From positions 770,367 to 834,366 of the forward strand of contig NIVC01000176.1 of assembly GCA_002269645.1 (NCBI GenBank): 64,000 nt of DNA, written 5' to 3'. The translations under genes were made by a program, and so were the position numbers. How positions within the stretch are numbered: the stretch's first letter is position 1; each line of letters begins with the position of its first letter. The notes under the pieces are model-generated. The model searched no databases and was not told the origin of the DNA. It worked only from the letters and a program-made list of their open reading frames with translations. Below are positions 36,601 to 49,200 of the stretch, in pieces. Origin of the DNA: Macrostomum lignano. Its lineage: Eukaryota.

Positions 36601-38743
36601 TATAATTGAAAATGTCTGCTTTTTATTCAATTTTATGTGGTTTGAAGGTTTATTTTTGCTAAAATGCCTGGTTTCTTATAAAAATTTCTACTCTCGACAA
36701 TGATTGTGTCAGCTATTTCATTAAAATAACCTACTTTTTGAATAAAACGTTGTATTTAAGCCCCTAGTTTTTTCAAAACATAATGGAAACCCTCACAACG
36801 CCCTTGGAACCTCCTCAAGCAGCTTACATAGAGCATGCAGACCCCGAAACCCCCTCTAGTGTGCCCTGATTTCAGCGGTCTGACGGTTAACATCTGTATT
36901 TTTACACTATATTTTCCTTCATACAGCAATACAGGAGGGTTTGGAAGAGTGAATCTGGCGGGAGAGGGGGCTTGTGGGGTGATGAGGATGCGTACACACA
37001 GTTTAGCCTGTTTTAGCCTACCTTTTGGGCTAATATACTTACTATTATTACTACCATTATACCTACTATGTACATACTATTATACTACCCACTATTAAAT
37101 ATGCTGCACTAAAACCAACTTTTGATAATACATAGCGTGTTTTGGTCGATTCTCCCTCACGTCTCTGCGCCTACACATGTGCTCTGCTCGCTTTGTTCTC
37201 TGTTTGTGTACCTCTCTGTAACGTCTCTGTACGCTCAGACTGGTTTCTCCGTCCCCGCACGCACCTCTACTAAAGTTTGCTGTTACCTACCCCTACACAC
37301 TGCTCTCTGTCACCCTCCGCGCACACCTCTCTGGCCTTGCATGCAACTTGCATGTCTACTCCCCTGTCCTGCCCTCGCGTGGGTCCCTGTCTATACATGG
37401 CTACCGGACCCTACCTCTCTGTGCCTTGCTCGGAACTCTGTCCCAGGCCCCCTTCACACTTCTCTGTCCCGGGCTGCAACTGGCTACACGCGCCTCTGTT
37501 CCCTGCCAGCGTGGCTGCCTACCCCTGCACACTGCTCTCTGTCCCTCCTATCCGCGCCTCTCTATCATCCTATTCCTGCAGCTGACCATGCCGTTCAGCT
37601 CTGTCCACGCACGGCTCCACCCCTGCCCGTGTCTCACTGTACCGCCCTGTGTGGCTCCCTTACCCTGCGCGTTTGCTTCCTATCTCCCTCCTGCTCCATA
37701 TGTTTCTGTTCCCTCACACTACGCACGCGTGGCCTGCTCTCTGTCCATACACATCTCTGCTCCTCCATTCTATCCTCGCGTGGCCCCTTGACTGTTCGCA
37801 TGCCCCTGCATACCCTGCCTGCCTCTCTGTCCCCTGCAACTGGGGAGGGAGCTCTCTATCCTCTGTACGGCTCTCTCTGTGGGTGTGTGTGTGACTCACA
37901 CTGTCTCTCTGTCCTAGCATGCGCCTCTCTATCCGGCTCCTGCAGCAGGCTGTGTTATTCACATCTCTTTCCACCCACCCTCTGCCCGTACACGCTCACT
38001 GTACAGGGCTGCGTCAGCATCGGGGTTAAAACTTCTCGCTCCCTATGCTTCAACAGTATAACAACCTAGTGGCTGGTTCTCTGTCCGCCCCACCCCTCTC
38101 TGCCCGTACACGCTCACTGTACAGGGCTGCGTCAGCATCAGGGTTAAAACTTCTCGCTCCCTATACCCCCAAACCGTGTAGTGGCCTAGTATGGGCGCGA
38201 CCTGGGTTCGATTTCGCTAGTTGAGATGTGGGTGAGAGAGGGGAAGAGGCTAGGTGGGGGCAGGGCGTGAGGTATAGGGTGCCTGCGGGGTACGTATCGT
38301 TGACTACATATCGGGAGAGTGTACACCTGTATTGGGCGAGTGTACACCCATATCGGGAGAGTGGGAGAGTGTACATATCGGGAGAGTGTACTGGGGAGAG
38401 TGTACTGGGGAGAGTGTACCTTTGGCTCGGGAGAGTGTACACTCGGGGCGCCTGCGGCATGGGCGTCTGCGGCTCAGGAGGGTGCGCTTGGGATCTGATT
38501 GATTTGGGATCTGATTGATTTGGGATCTGATTGATTTGGGGTCTGATTGATTTATTGGGATCTAATATCGGGAGGGTGCGCCTGCGGCGCTTGGCGCCAC
38601 GCGCCTGCGGCGCGCGCGCGCCGAGCGCCGATATCGATACGGGTATCGATCACCTAGTGATCGGGGCGCCAGCCAATGAGAGGCGAGGAGGGTTGACACC
38701 CACCCCACCTCCAAAATCAACACATCTGCCAGTCCTTAGTAGT
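30609..38743. mobile_element. 8135-bp giant palindromic (foldback) element with ~3.73-kb TIRs, 6-bp TSD and ACTACT/AGTAGT termini; non-autonomous Polinton/Maverick-like (family assignment inferred)
   Basis: Left arm 30609-34341 is the reverse complement of right arm 35009-38743. Mirror ORFs have coordinate sums of 69352/69351/69350, and the only differences I noticed are two 1-bp homopolymer indels. Spacer 34342-35008. CCTGTC at 30603-30608 and 38744-38749. No transposase, polymerase or integrase ORF is recognisable. Confidence 0.85.
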
Positions 38744-39775
38744 CCTGTCTCTTGGTGGGTCACCCCTGGCACCCCTGTCTCTTGGTGGGCGCCCCTGTCT
38801 CTTGGTGACTGCAGCACCATAATAAGTTGCCTGCTAAACTAAAGACACGATAGAAACGCTTGTTTCAGCAAAAACTCAAGTATATTTTAGTACTTCTGGG
38901 AAGCAAGATAACTTTTAGCTCGCACTTAACCTTAAAACCCAGGATTTCGCTAATTCCAACGCTACTATATACTTCTCAACCCCACAATTCGGTATGCCAT
39001 ATACATATCTTCGCCTCTCCAACAAAATCGACCTAATTCTTAAAATAACTTATGAAAAGTTAAATGCACTCCAATAATTCGTTGAATTATAGTTTTATTA
39101 GTTTAATGTAAACACGCTCAAATTTTATTTGTATTGTTGCACAAAGTGCTTGCTGAGCAAATAACTTTTGCTCAACAATTTGTGTGTACGATTGGCATCA
39201 TATTATTCAAGCATGAAAAAGGATGGATCAAGTTATAGATAAAATATATAATAAACAGAACAAGGCAGCAATTAACCAATAGATAGAGAAATTTCATGAA
39301 GTTTTTCTTAAGCAGATAAGTTTTAGTTAACACACAACACAACAAATAAACAGTTTTGGAAGTGAATTTTGACTGAGTTATTTATTATTTAATGAGCAAT
39401 TCTAGCAATTCCAGAAGTTCCAGTATCATGCAAGAGTCTAATAGTCTTTTAGTACTCTCAAGGGAGAGAGATTAAGCAACAATACCAACCCTTCACTAAC
39501 GTACATACCCCAGTCCAGTTGAAATGTACATATAAAATCCACTAGAACAGTGTACAATCAACTCTTCGATCGATATAGTAGCTTAAACCTCTTTAGTCTT
39601 AAATTAGAGTGATAGGAGTTTAAAAAATTGAATCACACTGTACACATTGATTTAGACTATCAGTGGCAAGCTGAAACTCTCCCCTCAAATGTACACTCTC
39701 GGATCCCTGGCCTAATGTACATTGAAGCGGGCACCCGGCTTGCTCGGGCCTATAAAACCTCTTTTTAACTCTTTA

Positions 39776-39899
39776 AGGCGCGTTCACACCGCCATAAAAT
39801 CACGCGACAGATGTACAAAGCGACGAAGAAAACATTCGTGTACATAAGCCGTGCGATAACGAAAAATGATCTCAATTTAATGGCGGTGTGAACTAGCCT
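39776..39899. mobile_element. 124-bp MITE, PIF/Harbinger-like termini
   Basis: TIRs aggcgcgttcacaccgccat ... atggcggtgtgaactagcct (18/20 match), with TA/TWA-type flanks. Confidence 0.65.
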
Positions 39900-40291
39900 T
39901 ATATAAGATAAGATATATATAAGATCATATAAGAAATGAAAGTGCAACCTTATCGACATACTAAATACGGATTCTAGACTTCTAGCTAAGAATAAGGATT
40001 ATGAGTCAAAATTTTTGTACAGTACAGTCCCCCCTCTATCGCAGTAATTTGTGCAGCGAGACTTTCTTTGTCACTAAATCTTTATCTCCCCGTTAACTTG
40101 CCAAGCTACTAGCTGAAATGTGATCGAATCGGCCTTTAAAGGCTCGTTCATTCACAGCGTCATCACGTGACCTCACTGACCTGTGTATTAATTTTTGTTT
40201 GCTTTACACGTGCGCTGTGATTTGATAGGTCTAGCTCATCTAATTTTAAACGAAACGATGTTAAACGGATTGTTAAACGAACACTGCAAGG

Positions 40292-43200
40292 TCAGGCAAT
40301 CAATACCCCATCGGTGTAGCCCTCTCTATCGATAGAGACAATCTCTTCCAGCTCTTCTCGTTTAGCCGCAGCCGCCGCCGCGGCCATACTGGCATCAATT
40401 CGCTGGCGTAGAAAGCCGCGCCAAAGAGTCTTCAGCTGAGAATTAGGCGCCTCCAGCAGCAAAACCCGTCGACAGCCGACGTTGCCTCCGTCACCGAAGA
40501 CAAGTCGGATTAGCAATCGTGAATCGAAGCTGGCCTCCAGACAGTCGGCCAGACGGAAGACTTCGCCAGCCAATGTTGACGTTATTACTGATGTCGGTGA
40601 CGGCGAACCAACGGATGTCAAGCAGAGTCGGTCGGTCAGTAGGACGCCGCGAACTGGCAAGTCGACACCGCCGCTGCCGCTGCTCCGCCAGACCAGCTCG
40701 CCGGAGAAGACTACAGCATGCTGCTGGACAGGGGACAACGACGATGCCGAATGATCACGACGATGATTCGACGAAACTTGCCGGATTGGCGGAGTCGGCG
40801 GAGGCGTCGGCAGGCGAACTCGCTCCGGCTCAGGCAAGAGGCTGGCGCAGTGCTCCAAGGCCTGGGCGACATCTTCAACAAACAGGTGGTCGGCGTCCGC
40901 CTCTGGAGTGGCGGCCAGCAGAGCGGAGAAATCCGATGCCAGAGTCTTCAGGTGTCGAAGCGGTTTAATTAGACTGGCGTTCAACGAAGGCAGGTCCGGC
41001 CGTTCGCGCGCGGCGGATTCCAAAGCGGCCAAGAACTCCGGACAGGCGTGCAGGCCCCTGAGGGCACGCGGACAAGCGTCGGACAGGTGGGCGCCGAAGT
41101 CTCGATAGTCGTCGCATAGTTGAAACAGGCGCGAGCGGAAAACCCGGCCGAGACAGTCGGCAGGGTGAGTTGGATCGATCTGGATCGGAGGGAGTATGTA
41201 ATCTAACTTGAGCACGCCTGAACTACGATGCGCATATTAAGCGACAGTTGCAATCACTTGTCAGCCTTTAAAATGTCTAGACTAAAGTGTTCTATATGAA
41301 AAGAACGTACGACAAATATTTCGATCTGGAACACCGTGCTTGTGACAGGGAAAGTTTTAGTTCAGACGTACTTTAAGGATGATAGGGATGGCTTAAACTA
41401 CTCGTAAAGAACGTGTCGTTCCTTGAAAATTTGAACGACGCGTCCTTGAGAGGGACACTTTGAACTGGGACGCATCCTTGTCAGTGACACTTTGAACTGG
41501 GACGCATCCGTGTCAGTGACACTTTGAACTGGGACGCATCCGTGCCAGTGACACTTTGAACTGGGACGCATCCGTGCCAGTGACACTTTGAACTGGGATG
41601 CATCCTTGACAGTGACACTTTGAACTGGGACGCATCCTTGTCAGTGACACTTTGAACTGGGACGCATCCGTGTCAGTGGCACTTTGAACTGGAACCCATC
41701 CGTGTAAGTGACACTTTGAACTGGGACGCATCCGTGTCAGTGGCACTTTGAACTGGGACGCATCCGTGTCAGTGACGCTTTGAACTGGGACGCATCCGTG
41801 TCAGTGGCACTTTGAACTGGGACGCATCCTTGTCAGTGACACTTTGAACTGGGACGCATCCGTGTCAGTGGCACTTTGAACTGGGACGCATCCTTGTCAG
41901 TGACGCTTTGAACTGGGACGCATCCGTGTCAGTGGCACTTTGAACTGGGACGCATCCGTGTCAGTGACGCTTTGAACTGGGACGCATCCGTGTCAGTGGC
42001 ACTTTGAACTGGGACGCATCCTTGTCAGTGACACTTTGAACTGGGACGCATCCGTGTCAGTGGCACTTTGAACTGGGACGCATCCGTGTAAGTGACACTT
42101 TGAACTGGGACGCATCCGTGTCAGTGGCACTTTGAACTGGGACGCATCCTTGTCAGTGACACTTTGAACTGGGACGCATCCGTGTCAGTGGCACTTTGAA
42201 CTGGGACGCATCCTTGTCAGTGACACTTTGAACTGGGACGCATCCGTGACAGTGACACTTTGAACTGGGACGCATCCGTGTCAGTGGCACTTTGAACTGG
42301 GACGCATCCTTGTCAGTGACACTTTGAACTGGGACGCATCCGTGTAAGTGACACTTTGAACTGGGACGCATCCTTGACAGTGACACTTTGAACTGGGACG
42401 CATCCGTGTCAGTGACACTTTGAACTGGGATGCATCCGTGTCAGTGACACTTTGAACTGGGATGCATCCTTGACAGTGACACTTTGAACTGGGACGCATC
42501 CTTGACAGTGACACTTTGAACTGGGATGCATCCGTGTCAGTGACACTTTGAACTGGGATGCATCCTTGACAGTGACACTTTGAACTGGAACCCATCCGTG
42601 TCAGTGACACTTTGAACTGGAACCCATCCGTGTCAGTGACACTTTGAACTGGGACCCATCCGTGTCAGTGACACTTTGAACTGGGACCCATCCGTGTCAG
42701 TGACACTTTGAACTGGGACCCATCCGTGTCAGTGACACTTTGAACTGGGATGCATCCTTGACAGTGACGCTTTGAACTGGGGCCCATCCGTGCCAGTGGC
42801 TGTCAGAACTAGAGATATTTGACCTATAAAAATACCTTAAGTTTTAGAGCCAAGGAACGTCATAACTCGCGACTTGTCATAATCGCCTGCCTACAAACTG
42901 GATACGCTTCCAACTAAGGCCCATCCATGAAAGTGGCCTAACTCGCTTCATACGACGTCTGCTTCTCTTACCAGTCTCAGAATCTGCTTGGTGGTGTCAA
43001 TCAGCTGGTCGAAACGGTGAAACAGCGCCGAGCAGAGCTGCGGCCCCAGACTGCCAACCAGCCTGCGCCGGTAAAACTGCTGACAGGCGGTCATCTCAGC
43101 GGCGAACGCTTCTTCGCGATTGAAAATTTGATTCGCTAAAGATTGGCGCGAATGCGGCGGCGGCGCCGGAGGCGTCTGAAGCTGTAACTGCGGCTTTTGA

Positions 43201-46200
43201 GGCGGCGTTTTTGGCGGCTCGGCGATCATTGCTTCGTAGGCCCGATTGTGGCAGTAGGTCTGACCACCCCCCGGGCCCGGGCCCCGCGCTGGCACAGTAG
43301 ATGACAGGGCCAACCGGCCTAGCATAGTCACCGCGTTGCCGCCACCGCTTCCGCTTCCGCTGCTCTCGTAGCCGCCGTGCCCGTTGGCCGGCGCGTCGAC
43401 CAGCCATCGTTGGATTCGAAGTTCTAATCGGCTGCCGCTTCGTCTGAAGAGCAAGAATTTGCATTTTTTTGTTTGAGAATTATTAACTTTTTACACAAAT
43501 AATCGCTACACACTACTACTGATGAAAGTAGAAATAAGCGGATAACGACAATAGCAGACTTTTTGTTAGGAATAGAGTAACTTTTTAGTCTCGTATCATT
43601 TCGGAGCGGCAGTTTTTTACATCAAGATTCATGCAGGTCATGGCTGCGGGCCAGATTGCATAGAAGATGAGAGAGAGGAGGAAAGACAAGATAGATGAGA
43701 TGAGGGGAGAGGCGAGAGATGAGATGAGAGAGAAGATAAGATAAGAGGAGACTAGAGAAGAGAGGTGACATGAGAGAGATAAGATGGAAGAGAAGAGAAG
43801 AGAAGAGAGGGTAGAAGAGGAGAGAAGAGAGAAGAGAAGATGAGAGAAGAGGAGAGAAGAGAGGAGTGAAGAGAAGAGAAGAGGAGAGAAGAGGAGAGAA
43901 GAGGAGAGAAGAGAGGAGAGAAGATGAGAGAAGAGGAGAGAAGAGAGTAGAAGAGGAGAGAAGAGAGTAGAAGAGGAGAGAAGAGAGGAGAGAAGGGAGT
44001 AGAAGAGGAGAGAAGGGAGTAGAAGAGGAGAGAAGAGAGGAGAGAAGAGAGTAGAAGAGGAGAGAAGATGAGAGAAGAGGAGAGAAGAGAGGAGAGAAGA
44101 TGAGAGAAGAGGAGAGAAGAGAGGAGAGAAGAGAGTAGAAGAGGAGAGAAGATGAGAGAAGAGGAGAGAAGAGAGGAGAGAAGATGAGAGAAGAGGAGAG
44201 AAGAGAGGAGAGAAGATGAGAGAAGAGGAGAGAAGAGAGTAGAAGGGGAGAGAAGAGAGGAGAGAAGAGAGTAGAAGAGGAGAGAAGAGAGTAGAAGAGG
44301 AGAGAAGATAGGAGAGAAGAGAGTAGAAGAGGAGAGAAGAGAGTAGAAGAGGAGAGAAGATAGGAGAGAAGAGAGTAGAAGAGGAGAGAAGATAGGAGAG
44401 AAGAGAGTAGAAGAGGAGAGAAGATAGGAGAGAAGAGAGTAGAAGAGGAGAGAAGATAGGAGAGAAGAGAGTAGAAGAGGAGAGAAGATAGGAGAGAAGA
44501 GAGTAGAAGAGGAGAGAAGATAGGAGAGAAGAGAGTAGAAGAGGAGAGAAGATAGGAGAGAAGAGAGTAGAAGAGGAGAGAAGATAGGAGAGAAGAGAGT
44601 AGAAGAGGAGAGAAGAGAGGAGAGAAGAGAGTAGAAGAGGAGAGAAGATGAGAGAAGAGGAGAGATGAGAGGAGAGAAGATGAGAGAAGAGGAGAGAAGA
44701 GAGGAGAGAAGATGAGAGAAGAGGAGAGAAGAGAGTAGAAGAGGAGAGAAGAGAGTAGAAGAGGAGAGAAGATAGGAGAGAAGAGAGTAGAAGAGGAGAG
44801 AAGAGAGTAGAAGAGGAGAGAAGATAGGAGAGAAGAGAGGAGAAAAGGAGAGAAGATAGGAGAGAAGAGAGTAGAAGGGGAGAGAAGAGAGGAGAGAAGA
44901 GAGTAGAAGAGGAGAGAAGAGAGTAGAAGAGGAGAGAAGATAGGAGAGAAGAGAGTAGAAGAGGAGAGAAGAGAGTAGAAGAGGAGAGAAGATAGGAGAG
45001 AAGAGAGTAGAAGAGGAGAGAAGAGAGGAGAGAAGAGAGTAGAAGAGGAGAGAAGAGAGGAGAGAAGAGAGTAGAAGAGGAGAGAAGAGAGCTGAGAAGA
45101 GACACAAAACTTAAGCGACCCGGAGTTGGTCAAACCTGGCACTAACTCGTAGATATTGTTAAATTAAATTAAATTAGAAAAAACCAGTATACGTTTGCAT
45201 TAGAATTGAGCAGAAAATGACTCGAACTAACGAGCTAAACCATACAGAATACAAGTATAGAAGTTACAGGAGAATTTGCTTGAAATCGACTGCACAGTTC
45301 TGATTGACTGTGAAAGCAGAAAAATGGTGTCAAAAAGGATTCAAAGCAATGCATCCTTGTCTATAGCTTGACATGCTAACATCCTATTTTGGTCAGCAAT
45401 GGCCTGTTTGTTTTTATATTGTCTTTGTTCATAGTTGAGCGTTCTTTTGCATAGATAAATACTGAATATATAGTCTTTGTTTCTCGAAGAAGACCTACAA
45501 GTTCATTTCATCCTTTGTTTTCTTGATGAACTAACTTATCACAAACTCATCGTCATCACAAAGCTGCTGGTCTTTGTTTTGCTTATTTTCCATCTATCTG
45601 TCTATATGCCAAAGTAGCGCGCGACCGTTATTACTGTAAACATACCAAGCTACTTCCATATGGTAATCATATTTCCATTTCAACTTAAATCACTGACCGC
45701 TTCATTTTTCTGAGGTCACTTTAGGGGCCGCTTTGAGGTCATTAAAGGGCCGCTTTCAGGTCACTAAAGGGCCGTTTTGGGGTCACTTAATGGCCGTTCT
45801 TTTAGGTCACTTAAGGGCCGTTTTTGGGGTAACTTAAGTGCCAATTTTTGAGGTCACTTAAGGGCCGTTTGGGGTAACTTAAGGGCCAATTTTTGAGGTC
45901 ACTTAAGGGCCGTTTGGGGTAACTTAAGGGCCAATTTATGAGGTCACTTAAGGGCCGTTTGGGGTCACTTAAAGGCCGCTCTTTGAAGCCACTTTTGGGG
46001 GCACTTTGGGGTCACGTTAGGGGCTGTTTTGGTATTACTTTAGGGGCATAAAAATATATATTTATTTTGAATAAAAAGACAATGTTTCCCAACTCTTCAC
46101 CGCCAACTTATCTCAATTATCCTATCTAATCTTACCATCAGAAAACTTCAAATCTCAATTATCCTATCTAATCTTACCATCAGAAAACTTCAAATCTCAA

Positions 46201-49200
46201 TTATCCTATTTAATCTTACCATCAGAAAACTTCAAATCTCAATTATCCTATCTAATCTTACCATCAGAAAACTTCAAATCTCAATTATCCTATCTAATCT
46301 TACCATCAGAAAACTTCAAATCTCAATTATCCTATCTAATCTTACCATCAGAAAACTTCAAATCTCAATTATCCTATCTAATCTTACCATCAGAAAACTT
46401 CAAATCTCAATTATCCTATCTAATCTTACCATCAGAAAACTTCAAATCTCAATTATCCTATCTAATCTTACCATCAGAAAACTTCAAAGACTAAATTTTT
46501 CGCATAAAACGAAACGCTCGCAAAACCTGGCAAGAAACGAACGCGCAGAGGCCCGCAAACTACATCGCAGTGACTCAGAGCTCAATAGCTTTGGTTGAGC
46601 AAAAGCAAAATGACAGAAGCAAAAAAGTAGTGCTTTTCTGTCTGCACGCTTGGCTTTGAGATGACTCATTTCTGCTGCTGCTGCGGCAGGCAGCTGATCT
46701 CTCGTGTGTGCGTTTTTTGTTCTCTGTCATCCATGATTCTTCCGTGCATAATTGCATGTTAATCAAGTCTATACACATTTTTAGTGCTCCGAGCTGCATA
46801 GGTACTCGAGCTGTCTGATGCTCGGATGAGGCAGCTGCCAACAACAAGCGTAAAATTAATACACCAGCTTGTAGGAAATTCATTGTCTGCTTTTCCCGGC
46901 TTGGCGCCCCTGGATTTTCGAGTAGCACTTTAACGGCTGGGTTCTTTCCTGTACTTTTCCTGTTGTTGACTGTGCAGTTTAGAACTGTCCCTCATCTGTC
47001 ACTCTCTCCCTCATCTCTCACTCTCTACCTCATCTGTCACTCTCTCCCCATCTGTCACTCTCTCCCCATCTGTCACTCTCTCCCTCATCTGTCACTCTCT
47101 CCCTCATCTCTCACTCTCTACCTCATCTGTCACTCTCTCCCTCATCTGTCACTCTCTCCCTCATCTCTCACTCTCTACCTCATCTGTCACTCTCTCCCTC
47201 ATCTGTCACTCTCTCCCTCATCTCTCACTCTCTCCCTCATCTGTCACTCTCTCCCCATCTCTCACTCTCTCCCCATCTCTCACTCTCTCCCTCATCTCTC
47301 ACTCTCTCCCCATCTCACTCTCTTCCCATCTCTCACTCTCTCCCTCATCTGTCACTCTCTCCCCATCTCTCACTCTCTCCCCATCTCTCACTCTCTCCCT
47401 CATCTCTCACTCTCTCCCCATCTCACTCTCTTCCCATCTCTCACTCTCTCCCTCATCTCTCACTCTCTCCCTCATCTCTCACTCTCTCCCCATCTCTCAC
47501 TCTCTCCCCATCTCTCACTCTCTCCCCATCTCTCACTCTCTCCTCATCTCTCACTCTCTCCCTCATCTCTCACTCTCTCCCTCATCTCTCACTCTCTCCC
47601 CATCTCACTCTCTCCCTCATCTCTCACTCTCTCCCCATCTCTCACTCTCTCCCCATCTCTCACTCTCTCCCCATCTCTCACTCTCTCCCTCATCTGTCAC
47701 TCTCTCCCCATCTCTCACTCTCTCCCCATCTCTCACTCTCTCCCTCATCTCTCACTCTCTCCCCATCTCACTCTCTTCCCATCTCTCACTCTCTCCCTCA
47801 TCTCTCACTCTCTCCCTCATCTCTCACTCTCTCCCCATCTCTCACTCTCTCCCCATCTCTCACTCTCTCCCCATCTCTCACTCTCTCCTCATCTCTCACT
47901 CTCTCCCTCATCTCTCACTCTCTCCCCATCTCTCACTCTCTCCCCATCTCACTCTCTCCCTCATCTCTCACTCTCTCCCCATCTCTCACTCTCTCCCCAT
48001 CTCTCACTCTCTCCCCATCTCTCACTCTCTCCCTCATCTCTCACTCTCTCCCCATCTCACTCTCTCCCCATCTCTCACTCTCTCCCCATCTCTCACTCTC
48101 TCCCCATCTCCCATCCTCTATGCCAGAGGTCAGAAAAAATGTAACCCGAAGGCTTGAAAATAAAATCTTGCGCAACACTGTGGGCCAGAGAGGAAAGAGG
48201 AGAGTAGAGAGGCGAGATGAAGAGGAGCGAGGAGATGAAGGGAGAGAGGAGAGAGGAGAGAGGAGAGATGAGAGAGGAGAAAGGAGAGAGGAGAGAGAAG
48301 AGAGGAGAGATGAGAGAGGAGAGATGAGAGAGGAGAAAGGAGAGAGGAGAGATGAGAGAGGAGAGAGGAGAGAGGAGAGAGGAGAAAGGAGAGAGGAGAG
48401 AGGAGAGAGGAGAAAGGAGAGAGGAGAGATGAGAGAGGAGAGATGAGAGAGTAGAGATGAGAGAGGAGAGAGGAGAGATGAGAGGAGAGGAGAAAGGAGA
48501 GAGGAGAGAGGAAAGAGGAGAGAGGAGAAAGGAGAGAGGAGAGATGAGAGAGGAGAGGAGAGGAGAAAGGAGAGAGGAGAGAGGAGAGAGAAGAAAGGAG
48601 AGAGGAGAGATGAGAGAGGAGAGAGGAGAGAGGAGAGAGGAGAAAGGAGAGAGGAGAAAGGAGAGAGGAGAAAGGAGAAAGGAGAGAGGAGAAAGGAGAG
48701 AGGAGAGAGGAGAGAGGAGAGAGGAGAAAGGAGAGAGGAGAGAGGAGAGAGGAGAAAGGAGAGAGGAGAGAGAAGAGAGGAGAGATGAGAGAGGAGAGAT
48801 GAGAGAGGAGAGAGGAGAAAGGAGAGAGGAGAGAGAAGAGAGGAGAGATGAGAGAGGAGAGATGAGAGAGGAGAGATGAGAGAGGAGAGATGAGAGATGA
48901 GAGAGGAGAGAGGAGAGATGAGAGAGGAGAGAGGAGAGATGAGAGATGAGAGAGGAGAGAGGAGAGAGGAGAAAGGAGAGATGAGAGAGGAGAGATGAGA
49001 GAGGAGAGAGGAGAGATGAGAGAGGAGAGAGGAGAGATGAGAGATGAGAGAGGAGAGAGGAGAGAGGAGAAAGGAGAGATGAGAGATGAGAGAGGAGAAA
49101 GGAGAAGGAGAAAGGAGAGAGGAGAGAGGAGAGAGGAGAGAGAAGAAAGGAGAAAGGAGAAAGGAGAAAGGAGAGAGGAGAGAGGAGAGAGGAGAGATGA

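Noticed and set aside
30609-38743. Palindrome as a pure sequencing or assembly artefact (missed adapter or inverted chimera)
   Set aside because: The loop is 667 bp of genomic-like sequence rather than an adapter, and both ends show a precise 6-bp TSD within a co-oriented minisatellite. Considered unlikely but not excluded without reads.
30608-38744. CACTA/EnSpm assignment of the palindrome (the left junction reads CACTACTA)
   Set aside because: The right end is TAGTC, not TAGTG. The initial C belongs to the 6-bp duplication CCTGTC, and CACTA elements make 2-3-bp TSDs.
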